A stretch of 64,000 nucleotides of DNA from an uncultured Clostridia bacterium (GTDB lineage: Bacteria; Bacillota; Clostridia; TANB77; CAG-508): contig CAUWGC010000004.1 of NCBI GenBank assembly GCA_963558405.1, positions 26,395 to 90,394 of the forward strand. Direction: 5' to 3'. The notes under the pieces were generated by a model that saw nothing but the letters and a program-made list of their open reading frames with translations, ran no database searches and was not told the DNA's origin. Below, one piece after another: positions 9,427-18,613 of this stretch. The first letter of the stretch is position 1. Each line of letters opens with the position of its first letter. A program made the position numbers and the translations under genes.

Positions 9427-10680
9427 ATGAAAAAACAAAAAATAATATCATATATGTTAATTATGATTATAATATGTAATATGTTTTCATTAACTTCTTA
9501 TGCAGATGATATAGATGAAGAAGAAAATACAAAACCAGAAGAAATACAAAAAGAAGTTATAGAAACAGCAGGTAAAGTGATTGAAGAGCCTAAATTAAAT
9601 GCAAGATCTGCTATTATTTTTGATAGAGAAACAAAGACGGTACTATATGAAAAAAATAGTAAAGAAAAAAGACCAATGGCTTCTACTACTAAAATAATGA
9701 CGGCAATTGTAACATTAGAAAATGCAGATTTAAGTAAAATAGTAACAATATCAAGAAAAGCTGCAGGTACGGGTGGATCTACACTTGGTTTAAAAGTAAA
9801 CGATAAAATAACATTAGAACATCTACTATATGGTTTAATGTTATGCTCAGGAAATGATAGTGCAGTAGCTATTGCAGAAACAGTAGGAGGAAGTGTAGAA
9901 GGATTTGCATCAATGATGAATAAAAAAGCAAAAGAGTTGGGATTAACAAATACAAATTTTGTTACACCACATGGTTTAGATAATAGTAATCATTATACTA
10001 CGGCATTAGAACTTGCTAAATTGACTGACTATGCATTAAAAAACAAAAAATTTGCATTAATTGTAAATACAAAAAATCATACAGTCTACATAAATGGATA
10101 TCCTAAACAGTTAAATAATACAAACGAATTATTAGGAAATATGGAAGGAGTAAATGGTGTAAAAACAGGTTTTACAAATGGAGCAGGAAGATGTTTAGTT
10201 ACTTCTTGTACAAGAAACGATAAACAAATAATTACAGTTGTATTAGGAGACGATACTAAAAAAATGAGAACAACTGACAGTATAAAATTAATAGAATATG
10301 CTTTTCAAAATTTTGAGGATAAAAATATAGAGGAAATTGCAAATAAAGAATTTAATAACTGGAAAAATATTAATGAAGGAAGAATAAATGTTGAAAGAAA
10401 AAGTAAAAATAGTAAAATAGAAGTATGTATGGATGAGATTAATAATAAAATATTACCAGTGAGAAAAGATAAGGAAAACATAAAAATAGAAATAGATAGT
10501 AAAATGAATTTTGAGGCGCCAGTTGAAGAAAATAAAATAATTGGAACACTAAAAATTTTGATAGATGGAAAAGAAATTGAAAAAGTTAATATAAGAATAA
10601 AAAATAAAATAGAAAAAAAGGATTTATATGAATATTTTATAGAAATAATTAATAAATATGTTAATATAAAGATAATATAA
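9427..10680 (+). CDS. D-alanyl-D-alanine carboxypeptidase (peptidase S11, DacB/DacF-like)
   Basis: SxxK (ASTTK), SGN (CSGNDSA) and KTG (VKTGFT) motifs. Signal peptide. RBS aaaggtga precedes the ATG at 9427. Confidence 0.8.
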   Translation: MKKQKIISYMLIMIIICNMFSLTSYADDIDEEENTKPEEIQKEVIETAGKVIEEPKLNARSAIIFDRETKTVLYEKNSKEKRPMASTTKIMTAIVTLENADLSKIVTISRKAAGTGGSTLGLKVNDKITLEHLLYGLMLCSGNDSAVAIAETVGGSVEGFASMMNKKAKELGLTNTNFVTPHGLDNSNHYTTALELAKLTDYALKNKKFALIVNTKNHTVYINGYPKQLNNTNELLGNMEGVNGVKTGFTNGAGRCLVTSCTRNDKQIITVVLGDDTKKMRTTDSIKLIEYAFQNFEDKNIEEIANKEFNNWKNINEGRINVERKSKNSKIEVCMDEINNKILPVRKDKENIKIEIDSKMNFEAPVEENKIIGTLKILIDGKEIEKVNIRIKNKIEKKDLYEYFIEIINKYVNIKII

Positions 10681-10743
10681 AAAATTGAATATAAAATAAT
10701 ATTATGTTATAGTAGTTATAATAAAAATAGTAAGGAATAAAAA

Positions 10744-11106
10744 ATGGGAAACAAAGAAGATTGGGAAGAAATAGAAAAGTATATTAATGATTATAAAGAT
10801 AAGAAGTCAAAAGAATATAAAGGAATAGAAATTTCAGAAGAATTAAAAAAGATAGAAAATAAAAAAAATCCAAAGGTCAGGTTAGTATTAAATATATCTT
10901 CAAGGTTATCAAAATTGGTAATCTTGGTGGTAGTTATAATAGTTATATGTATTTTATATACAGTTTTATCGATGAACATTAGTAATATAAAAAATGCTAC
11001 TAATGTAGATGTTATAGAAGCTATAGAATCAAGTAAGAAAATAGATATAACACTTATATCTAAAAACATAGATGAAAAAGAATATAAACGGAGAATACTT
11101 TTTTGA
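10744..11106 (+). CDS. hypothetical small membrane protein
   Basis: ORF with a central TM helix. It overlaps the next ORF by 35 nt in another frame at a T6 run. Confidence 0.3.
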   Translation: MGNKEDWEEIEKYINDYKDKKSKEYKGIEISEELKKIENKKNPKVRLVLNISSRLSKLVILVVVIIVICILYTVLSMNISNIKNATNVDVIEAIESSKKIDITLISKNIDEKEYKRRILF

Positions 11107-11554
11107 ACTAAAAAAATTTCCACAAATAAAGTTTAAATCTATAAAAAATTTTGGCTCTGAAATCAATGACTTTGAGGCTCAATTTCATAAATATTTGTTT
11201 GAAAATTGGAATAGTGAGTATAAAAAAGAGTTTAAAATTGAAGAAAGAATAACAGAAAATGGATTATTAGAATATAATACATATATAGAAATTAAAACTT
11301 ATGATGAATTAATAAAAGCAACAGAAATGATTATAGAATTTTTAAAATATGAAGAAAATTGGAATAAAGATAATGGTAATGTAATCAATGTTAAATGGAA
11401 AAAAGAAAATCAATTTACTATGCCATCTGGAAAAATGTACTTAGTAAATAATGATAAAAGGATTTATCCGTACACTTCATGGTTCCAAACTGAAGAGGAG
11501 ATAAGAGAAAATGCCCAAAAAACGTATATAAATATTACAAATGAAGTGAAATAA
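11072..11554 (+). CDS. hypothetical soluble protein
   Basis: 160-aa ORF with no motif recognised. Confidence 0.3.
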   Translation: MKKNINGEYFFELKKFPQIKFKSIKNFGSEINDFEAQFHKYLFENWNSEYKKEFKIEERITENGLLEYNTYIEIKTYDELIKATEMIIEFLKYEENWNKDNGNVINVKWKKENQFTMPSGKMYLVNNDKRIYPYTSWFQTEEEIRENAQKTYINITNEVK

Positions 11555-11578
11555 ATAATATAAAATTTTAAAATTTCG

Positions 11579-11607
11579 TTGACATTTGCTATATTTTTTG
11601 GTATTAT
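11579..11607 (+). promoter_or_regulatory. sigma-A type promoter for the tRNA pair (TTGACA-17-TATTAT)
   Basis: Consensus -35 at 11579-11584, a 17-nt spacer, and -10 at 11602-11607, about 28 nt upstream of tRNA-Gly. Confidence 0.55.
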
Positions 11608-11634
11608 ATTAATGTTCCTAAAAAGAACATTGAT

Positions 11635-11710
11635 GCGGGAATAGCTCAGTTGATAGAGCGCTGCCTTGCCAAGGCAGAGGTCGCGGGTTTGAGCCCCGTT
11701 TCCCGCTCCA
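11635..11710 (+). tRNA. tRNA-Gly (anticodon GCC)
   Basis: Cloverleaf folded by hand. Acceptor gcgggaa/ttcccgc, D arm gctc/gagc, anticodon stem ctgcc/ggcag with loop ttGCCaa, T arm gcggg/cccgt. CCA is encoded. Confidence 0.93.
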
Positions 11711-11727
11711 ATTTTTTCTTGAAAAAT

Positions 11728-11801
11728 GGCGCTATAGCCAAGTGGTAAGGCACGAGTCTGCAAAACTCTGATCCCCGGTTCAAATCCGGGTGGCGCCTCC
11801 A
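11728..11801 (+). tRNA. tRNA-Cys (anticodon GCA)
   Basis: Acceptor ggcgcta/tggcgcc (one G-U pair). Anticodon loop ctGCAaa. T loop ggttcaaatcc. CCA is encoded. Confidence 0.9.
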
Positions 11802-11997
11802 ATTTGAATAAGTTTAGACGGTTATCATAGTAAATTTAAAATATTACAGATAACCTATTTTTTGTAAATACTGAGAATTTTACATTACTTGAATAAAAAA
11901 TGATATTTGACATATTATAATTAATGTAGTATACTATATTTAGCTTATAAGCAAATTAATTTGATGTATAACATTTGTAAAATGTAACACAGAAAAA

Positions 11998-12028
11998 AGA
12001 CTAACAGGGCAAAAAGTTAGTCTTTTTT
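11998..12028. terminator. bidirectional intrinsic terminator
   Basis: Stem agactaac/gttagtct flanked by an A-run upstream and a T6 run downstream, so it works on either strand. Confidence 0.65.
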
Positions 12029-12040
12029 CAATATTAAAGA

Positions 12041-12066
12041 CTAGGAGGGCAATCCTAGCCTTTTTT
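12041..12066. terminator. second intrinsic terminator in tandem
   Basis: Stem ctagga/tcctag followed by cctttttt. Preceded by an A-run when read on the other strand. Confidence 0.55.
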
Positions 12067-12068
12067 GT

Positions 12069-12137
12069 CTAATCATCTAATTCTTTTAATATTAAAAGAA
12101 CAATGATTAATGCAATCAATTTGATGTATTTTTTCAT
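12069..12137 (-). CDS. 22-aa hydrophobic peptide (MKKYIKLIALIIVLLILKELDD); candidate small membrane peptide or type I toxin-like ORF
   Basis: Strong RBS (ggaggtg) sits 10 nt upstream of the ATG on the minus strand. A sigma-A-like promoter (TTGAAT-17-TATATT) and a GNRA-capped stem lie in the 5' leader. The stop abuts the tandem terminators. Confidence 0.35.
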   Translation of the reverse strand: MKKYIKLIALIIVLLILKELDD

Positions 12138-12429
12138 TTGTACGAGTAACACCTCCTTTCTAGCTTATTGCCGAAAGGCTATTTTAATATACAATATATT
12201 TACAGATTATTCAATAAAATTTAAAAGTTTTTCAGTATTTATTTTAAATATCTTATATCACGTTGCAGTAAAATTGCAATAAATTTAAACAGTAGACGTT
12301 CGAAACTATACAGAAATATATTTACATAATTATTTAAATATGTTAAAATATAAAAGTAAAATTTTTTTATTCTCCATTTTACAACAGGAGTTTACTATAA
12401 ATAAAAATTTATTTTGGGAGGAAAGTCTT

Positions 12430-12873
12430 ATGAAAGTAATTTTAATTATTCTCATTGTGTTGGTGTTTATCTATTTATTAGTTTCCTTTTGGGTAAAAGG
12501 AAATAATTTGGGAAGATTATACATTTTCCGGGATTGTGCAATAAGTGCAATACAAATAACAAATATAATGTTAGATCTAATCAAAGAAGACGATATAGAA
12601 AAGAGCATTTTGGAATTTTCTTCAAATCTAGAAATCTATATTGAAAATGAAGAAGAATTTGCAATGTTCAGAACTGAGAAACATGTTTTGATAATAGAAA
12701 AACCTATAAACAAAAAAATTATTTTAAATCAATTAGAGATTATAATTAATGAATCATTAAAAGATTTTGAATATATAGATTCATTAATTTATGCCGATAA
12801 TGAGTTACGTACTTTAAAAAGAGAACTAGTGGACACATTAAACAAAGTGAGAGTAACAAGGTGGCAATTATAA
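12430..12873 (+). CDS. hypothetical membrane-anchored protein
   Basis: RBS gggagga precedes ATG 12430. An N-terminal TM helix is followed by a soluble domain. No motif recognised. Confidence 0.45.
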   Translation: MKVILIILIVLVFIYLLVSFWVKGNNLGRLYIFRDCAISAIQITNIMLDLIKEDDIEKSILEFSSNLEIYIENEEEFAMFRTEKHVLIIEKPINKKIILNQLEIIINESLKDFEYIDSLIYADNELRTLKRELVDTLNKVRVTRWQL

Positions 12874-12886
12874 GATGAAATAAAAT

Positions 12887-12930
12887 AAAAGTAAAGATAT
12901 TCTTAAAATGAATTTCTTTACTTTTATTTT
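12887..12930 (+). terminator. rho-independent terminator
   Basis: 16-bp stem (aaaagtaaagatattc / gaatttctttactttt, one mismatch) followed by atttt. Confidence 0.55.
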
Positions 12931-13123
12931 AAGTTTATAGGAAAAAGTCTTAGGGAAATACGTTAAAAACATATAATTTTACATAATAGATTGAAAAAAA
13001 CGCAAAAATGTAATATAATTGTAATGTAAGGTGTTTTTTGCATATTGCAACTTGTAAAATCTATTTCCGTAAAGGAAAGGAAAACACCTAAAAATCAATG
13101 AAAAAAACTAGAAAAAAATGTTA

Positions 13124-13152
13124 TTGACTTCTAAAAAAAAAAATACTAAAAT
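13124..13152 (+). promoter_or_regulatory. sigma-A type promoter of the DUF11 surface-protein gene (TTGACT-17-TAAAAT)
   Basis: -35 at 13124-13129, a 17-nt spacer, and -10 at 13147-13152. The ATG is about 35 nt downstream with RBS gggaggaaagg. Confidence 0.5.
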
Positions 13153-13186
13153 AAGAAATAATATAGTATGGGAGGAAAGGATTCAT

Positions 13187-16100
13187 ATGAAAAAAATAAG
13201 AAAATCATTTTTAAGTATAATTATAATAACATTATTCCTTCTTCTTTTCACAGGAATAACACAAAGCTATGCAGCAATAGCAAACCCACCAAAAAGATTT
13301 GGTGTTATTAGTGTAAGACCAAATGCGGGTTATGGTTATTTAGTAAGTGGAAATGATAAGGTATGGAAAATAGTAGAATACAACGATGCAAGCAGTAATC
13401 CAGCAGTAATAGATTATAGTAGAACAATATATTGTTTAAAACAAGGATTAGGGTTTGGATCAGGAGGAATAAGACCATTACCAGAATATTATGATACATA
13501 TTTTGATATGAAAAAAGAATATGGAACAATGCCATCAAACTATAAGTCAATGTTACCACAAAGCTATAATGAAGTATTATGGCTATTAGATAATATATAT
13601 GTAGCAGATGGAACAGAGTCAAGTAAACATGAAAGAGAAGCATTACTTGCAAAAGTATTTAAGGATGATTTAGAAGATACAGAACTATATCCACCATTTA
13701 CAATGGAAGATATAGTATTAACAGATGATGACATGGATGTAGTGCAACAGTTAGCAGTATGGTACTTTACAAATCCAGAAAATGATTATTTAAAAAATGA
13801 TGTAAATTTATTCATAAGTTCAAACGAAATGGCACAACCAAATGAATTTAAAATACTTTCTGACCGAGAATTTGATGATGAAAATGGATATATAAGATTA
13901 GAGCAAGCAAATAAATATTTTAATTATTTAAAAGAGCAAGCAAAATTAAATGCATCAAATTATGGAAGTGGAGATATAAGAGAAGATAATAGAAGACCAA
14001 TAGAACTATCAAAAAATGGAATTACAGTAAAAGAAGAAAATGGAAAGTATATAATAGGGCCATATAAAATAGAAAAAGTAACAGAAGCAGATTATACATT
14101 AAATGCAAAATTTAAAAAAGGGACAGAATCAGGAGAAGACTTTACAAATTATACATTATTAGATAAAGAACAAAAACCAACATCAAAAACAATAAATGAG
14201 CTAGTAGGAGAAAACTTTTATATATCAGTACCAACAACAGAAGAATTAGAGACATTAGTATTTACAATAGATGTAGAATACTATGTAAGAGAATTACAAT
14301 ATTGGACAGTAGGAGATGCACCATCAACAAATCAACCAATAGTAATAGTAAAAAGAATAAAGAAAAACTATTCAGACTCAGTATCAGTAACAATAAAACA
14401 ACCAGAAAAGAATTTTGATATATCATTAAGAAAATTCATAACAACAGTAAATGATAAAGAACTAAAAGATGGACAGTCAAGATATTTAAGAGAACCAATA
14501 GTAGATATAAGTAAATTAAATACAATAGTAGATGGAAGATTAATAACAACAGCAGAATATAATCATCCAAAGACACCAGTATCAGTAAAAGCAGGAGATA
14601 CAGTAGTATATACAATAAGAGTATATAACGAAGGAGAAGTAAATGGATATGCAAATGAAATAACAGACTATTTACCACCAGAGTTAGAATTCTTACCAGA
14701 TGATCCATTAAATAAACAATATGGATGGACATTAGATACAAATGATCTTTCTAACAGAACAGTAAAAACAAATTACTTATCAAAAGAAACAGAAGAAGTA
14801 CCAGGAGAACATATTTTAAAAGCTTTTACAGGAAGTAATGATAGAGCTATACTTGAATTAGACTATAAAGATGTACAAATAAAATGTAAAGTTAAAAGTG
14901 TAAGTGAAGTCAACAAAAAAATAACAAATATAGCAGAAATAACAGAATATAAAGACGAAAGTGGAAACATAGCAACAGATCGAGATTCTACTCAAGATAA
15001 TGTTATAAGACCTTCAGATAGTGATTTACCAAATTATAAAGATAATGAAATAAACAGTGGAAAGCCATATATTCCAGGACAAGAAGATGACGATGATTTT
15101 GAAAAATTAGTAATGCAAAGATTTGATATATCATTAAGAAAATTTATAACATCAGTAAATAATGAAGAATTGTTAAAAGAAGATGGAAGCTATATACGTG
15201 AACCAATAGTTGATGTAACTCCATTAAAAGAAGGAACAGGGACAACAGCAATATATAAACATACAAAAATACCAGTAGAAGTAAAAGTAGGAGATATAGT
15301 AGTATATACAATAAGAGTATATAATGAAGGAGAAGTATCAGGGTATGCAAATGAAATAATAGATCATTTACCACCAGAACTAGAATTTTTACCAAATGAT
15401 GAATTAAATAAAGAGTATGGATGGGAATTGGATGCAAGTGATCCATCAAATAGGACAATAAAAACAAAATATTTATCATATGAAACAAATCAAAAAGATA
15501 ATTTAATAGATGCATATAATAAAGACACAATGCAAACATTAGATTATAAAGAAGTAAAAGTAAAGTGTGTAGTAAAAACAACACAAGAAACAGGTAAAAA
15601 AATAACAAATATAGCAGAAATAACAGAATATAAAGATGAAAGTGGAAACATAGCAACAGATGTAGATTCAGACGCAGGAAATGTAGTATTACCAACAGAT
15701 GAAAATTTACCAAAATACAAAGATGATGAAATAAATAGTGGAAAAGAATACATACCAGGTCAAGAAGATGATGATGATTTTGAAAAATTAGTAATGAAGA
15801 AATTTGATTTATCATTAAGAAAATTTATTACATCTGTAAATGGTAAAGAATTAATAGATGAAAATGGTAAATATATACGTGAACCAATAGTTGATGTGAC
15901 TCCATTAAAAGAGGGAACAGGAACAACAGCTATATATAATCATACAAAGGTACCAGTAGGAGTTAAATCAGGAGATATTGTAATATACACAATAAGGGTA
16001 TACAACGAAGGACAGGTATCAGGATATGCAAATGAAATAGTAGATCATTTACCACCAGAACTTGAATTTATTATTAATGATGATTTAAATGCAAGTTATG

Positions 16101-18343
16101 GATGGAAATTAGATCCAAATGATGAATCTTTAAGAACAATTCGCACAAGCATTTTATCTTATGAATATGATGAAGAAGATAATCTAATTTCAGGATTTGA
16201 TAAAGATAATATGGAAACTTTAGATTATAAAGAAATTAAAGTAAAATGTAAGGTAAAAGATGTACAAGAAACTGGAAAGAAAATAACAAATATTGCAGAT
16301 ATTACAGAGTATAAAGATGAAACAGGAAATATTGCAATTGATGTTGATTCAGAATCTGTAAATGTAAAATTGCCATCAGATGAAGAACTTCCAAATTACA
16401 AAGATGATGAAATAAATAGTGGAAAAGACTATATTCCAGGACAAGAAGATGACGATGATTTTGAAAAACTAAAAATGCAACAATTTGATTTAGCATTAAG
16501 AAAATTTATTACTAAAGTAAATGATGGAGATGTAACATCAAGAATACCAGTAGTAGATGCAAGTAAGTTATATACATATGTAGACGGAAAATTAGTAACA
16601 ACTGCTACATATATACATCCAAAAGATCCAATTTTAGTTTCAAGTGGAGATACTGTGGTATATACAATAAGAGTATATAATGAAGGCGACATTGCAGGAT
16701 ATGTTAAAGAAGTAATGGATGATATTCCAGAAGGATTATTGTTCTTACCAGAAAATGATACAAATAAAGAATATCGTTGGAAAATGATAAAAGAAGATGG
16801 AACTGAAACAGATAAACCAGAAGAAGCTGTAAAAATAGTAACTGACTATTTATCAAAAGAACAAGAAAAAAATCCAGGAGAAAATTTAATACCAGGATTT
16901 GATAAATCTACTATGACAGAACCAGCATATAAAGACGTAAAAGTAGCATTTAAAGTAACAGAACCAAATTCTTCTGATAGAATTATTATTAATACAGCAG
17001 AAATCACTGATGATACAGATGAAAATGGAAACCCAGTAGAAGATATAGATTCTACACCAGATAATAATGTTCCAGAAGAAGATGATATTGATATTGAAAA
17101 AATAAAAGTTGTTGAATTTGATTTAGCATTAAGAAAATTCATAACAGGAGTAAATGACAAAGAAATAACAGATAGAGTACCACAAGTAAACATAGCAGAA
17201 GATGGAACAATATCATATTTACATACTAAAGAACCAGTAGAAGTAGTAAATGGAAATTTAGTAACATATACATTACGTGTATATAATGAAGGAACAATGA
17301 ATGGATATGCAAAAGAAATAAAAGATGATATACCAGAAGGACTAGAATTTATACCAGATAATGAAACAAATAAAGAGTATCGTTGGAAAATGTTAGGAGA
17401 AGATGGAAAAACAGAGGTAACAGATGTAAAAGAAGCAAAATATGTAGTAACAGATTATCTATCAAAAGAACAAGAAAAAGTAGACGGAGAAAATCTAATA
17501 CCAGCATTTGATAAAACAACAATGAAAGAGCCAGCATATAAAGATGTAAAGGTAATATTTAAAGTAGTAGAACCAAATACATCAGATAGAATAGTAATAA
17601 ATACAGCAGAGATATCAGATGATTCAGATGAAGATGGAAATGATGTAGTAGATAAAGATTCAGTTCCAGATAATAACAAACCAGAAGAAGATGATATAGA
17701 TATAGAAAAAGTAAAAGTAAAATACTTTGACTTAGCGCTAAAGAAATGGGTAACACAAGCAATAGTAATAGAAGATGGGAAATCAACAATAACAGAGACA
17801 GGACATACAGGAGAAGAAAACCCAGAGCCAATAGTAAAAGTAGATTTACATAGAAAAGACATAAATAAAGTAACAGTAAAATTCAAATACAAAATAAAAG
17901 TAACAAACGAAGGAGAAATAGAAGGCTATGTAAAAGAGATAACAGACCATATACCAGAAGGATTAAAATTTGTAAAAGAAGATAATCCAAAATGGGTACA
18001 AAAAGATGAAAAGACAATAACAACAGATCAATTAAAAGATACATTATTAAAACCAGGAGAAAGTGCAACAGTAGAAGTAGTGCTAACATGGATAAATGAT
18101 GGAGACAATATGGGAGTAAAAGTAAACATAGCAGAAATAAGTAAGGATTATAACGATAGTCATACACCAGATATAGATTCAACTCCAGGAAATGAAGTAC
18201 CAGGAGAAGATGACATAGATGATGCACCAGTTATGTTAACAGTTGCAGCAGGTGAAGTACCAAGTTATATAGGATTTGGAACAATAATAGTTGTAATGTT
18301 AGCAGGAGGAATATTCTTAATAAAAAAATATGTATTTGAATAA
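13187..18343 (+). CDS. giant cell-surface protein with tandem DUF11 ('conserved repeat domain', TIGR01451-like) repeats, signal peptide and C-terminal TM anchor
   Basis: Signal peptide MKKIRKSFLSIIIITLFLLLFTGITQSYAA. Six repeats of FD(I/L)(S/A)LRKFIT...G(D)xVxYTIRVYNEG.V.GYA.EI.D.LP.ELEF. The C-terminal hydrophobic segment is followed by KKYVFE. There is no LPXTG motif. The track ORF start at 13118 lacks an RBS. Confidence 0.75.
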   Translation: MKKIRKSFLSIIIITLFLLLFTGITQSYAAIANPPKRFGVISVRPNAGYGYLVSGNDKVWKIVEYNDASSNPAVIDYSRTIYCLKQGLGFGSGGIRPLPEYYDTYFDMKKEYGTMPSNYKSMLPQSYNEVLWLLDNIYVADGTESSKHEREALLAKVFKDDLEDTELYPPFTMEDIVLTDDDMDVVQQLAVWYFTNPENDYLKNDVNLFISSNEMAQPNEFKILSDREFDDENGYIRLEQANKYFNYLKEQAKLNASNYGSGDIREDNRRPIELSKNGITVKEENGKYIIGPYKIEKVTEADYTLNAKFKKGTESGEDFTNYTLLDKEQKPTSKTINELVGENFYISVPTTEELETLVFTIDVEYYVRELQYWTVGDAPSTNQPIVIVKRIKKNYSDSVSVTIKQPEKNFDISLRKFITTVNDKELKDGQSRYLREPIVDISKLNTIVDGRLITTAEYNHPKTPVSVKAGDTVVYTIRVYNEGEVNGYANEITDYLPPELEFLPDDPLNKQYGWTLDTNDLSNRTVKTNYLSKETEEVPGEHILKAFTGSNDRAILELDYKDVQIKCKVKSVSEVNKKITNIAEITEYKDESGNIATDRDSTQDNVIRPSDSDLPNYKDNEINSGKPYIPGQEDDDDFEKLVMQRFDISLRKFITSVNNEELLKEDGSYIREPIVDVTPLKEGTGTTAIYKHTKIPVEVKVGDIVVYTIRVYNEGEVSGYANEIIDHLPPELEFLPNDELNKEYGWELDASDPSNRTIKTKYLSYETNQKDNLIDAYNKDTMQTLDYKEVKVKCVVKTTQETGKKITNIAEITEYKDESGNIATDVDSDAGNVVLPTDENLPKYKDDEINSGKEYIPGQEDDDDFEKLVMKKFDLSLRKFITSVNGKELIDENGKYIREPIVDVTPLKEGTGTTAIYNHTKVPVGVKSGDIVIYTIRVYNEGQVSGYANEIVDHLPPELEFIINDDLNASYGWKLDPNDESLRTIRTSILSYEYDEEDNLISGFDKDNMETLDYKEIKVKCKVKDVQETGKKITNIADITEYKDETGNIAIDVDSESVNVKLPSDEELPNYKDDEINSGKDYIPGQEDDDDFEKLKMQQFDLALRKFITKVNDGDVTSRIPVVDASKLYTYVDGKLVTTATYIHPKDPILVSSGDTVVYTIRVYNEGDIAGYVKEVMDDIPEGLLFLPENDTNKEYRWKMIKEDGTETDKPEEAVKIVTDYLSKEQEKNPGENLIPGFDKSTMTEPAYKDVKVAFKVTEPNSSDRIIINTAEITDDTDENGNPVEDIDSTPDNNVPEEDDIDIEKIKVVEFDLALRKFITGVNDKEITDRVPQVNIAEDGTISYLHTKEPVEVVNGNLVTYTLRVYNEGTMNGYAKEIKDDIPEGLEFIPDNETNKEYRWKMLGEDGKTEVTDVKEAKYVVTDYLSKEQEKVDGENLIPAFDKTTMKEPAYKDVKVIFKVVEPNTSDRIVINTAEISDDSDEDGNDVVDKDSVPDNNKPEEDDIDIEKVKVKYFDLALKKWVTQAIVIEDGKSTITETGHTGEENPEPIVKVDLHRKDINKVTVKFKYKIKVTNEGEIEGYVKEITDHIPEGLKFVKEDNPKWVQKDEKTITTDQLKDTLLKPGESATVEVVLTWINDGDNMGVKVNIAEISKDYNDSHTPDIDSTPGNEVPGEDDIDDAPVMLTVAAGEVPSYIGFGTIIVVMLAGGIFLIKKYVFE
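14414..17725 (+). repeat. five in-frame tandem repeat units (708, 681, 681, 633, 609 nt) inside the surface-protein gene; a sixth divergent unit begins at 17726
   Basis: Unit starts at 14414, 15122, 15803, 16484, 17117 and 17726 were located by the recurring FD(I/L)(S/A)LRKFIT motif. Units 1-3 and units 4-5 form two subtypes. Confidence 0.75.
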
Positions 18344-18353
18344 AAAATAAAAA

Positions 18354-18382
18354 AGTAGATAATTTTGATTATCTACTTTTTA
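18354..18382 (+). terminator. rho-independent terminator of the surface-protein gene
   Basis: Stem agtagataat/attatctact with loop tttg, followed by ttttt. Confidence 0.7.
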
Positions 18383-18418
18383 TTGTATAGGAAAAATCGA
18401 AGATTTTGAGTATACAAC
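18383..18418 (+). repeat. copy A of a ~36-nt structured motif (ttgtata-gg-aaaaatcga-ag-a-tttga-g-tatacaa)
   Basis: Shares ttattgtataggaaaaa..tcga..ag..tttga.tatacaac with 47119-47156. The 7-nt arms ttgtata / tatacaa are inverted. Confidence 0.6.
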
Positions 18419-18613
18419 AAGGTTAGATTACCTTAGACTGTCCGAGCAAAGCGAGTGACATGTATTTTGCAGTTACTTCAGAGACATTCTTAGCAAAATA
18501 CCTTTCTTATAAAATTAATAAAAAGTTAAATTTTATAACTTAAAATAATTATTTACATTCTATATGTAATATGATATAATTCCTAATATCTGGAATAGAG
18601 AGGTGTAAAACAA

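Noticed and set aside
11464-11802. 112-aa minus-strand ORF
   Set aside because: It lies antisense across both tRNA genes and the 3' end of the upstream CDS. It is a classic spurious ORF.
12900-13186. c-di-GMP riboswitch (GEMM) in the long leader region upstream of the adhesin
   Set aside because: I looked for the GC-rich conserved GEMM-I/II cores and found none. The region instead has a plain sigma-A promoter at 13124, only about 35 nt from the ATG. A 9-bp inverted repeat (13029-13037 / 13081-13089) upstream of the -35 remains unexplained but is weak.
13308-18227. Multiple Leu/His-rich minus-strand ORFs inside the adhesin gene (and similar ones in other long genes)
   Set aside because: Antisense frames of A-rich coding DNA (GAA/AAA codons) translate as poly-Leu/Phe. 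They have no start context.
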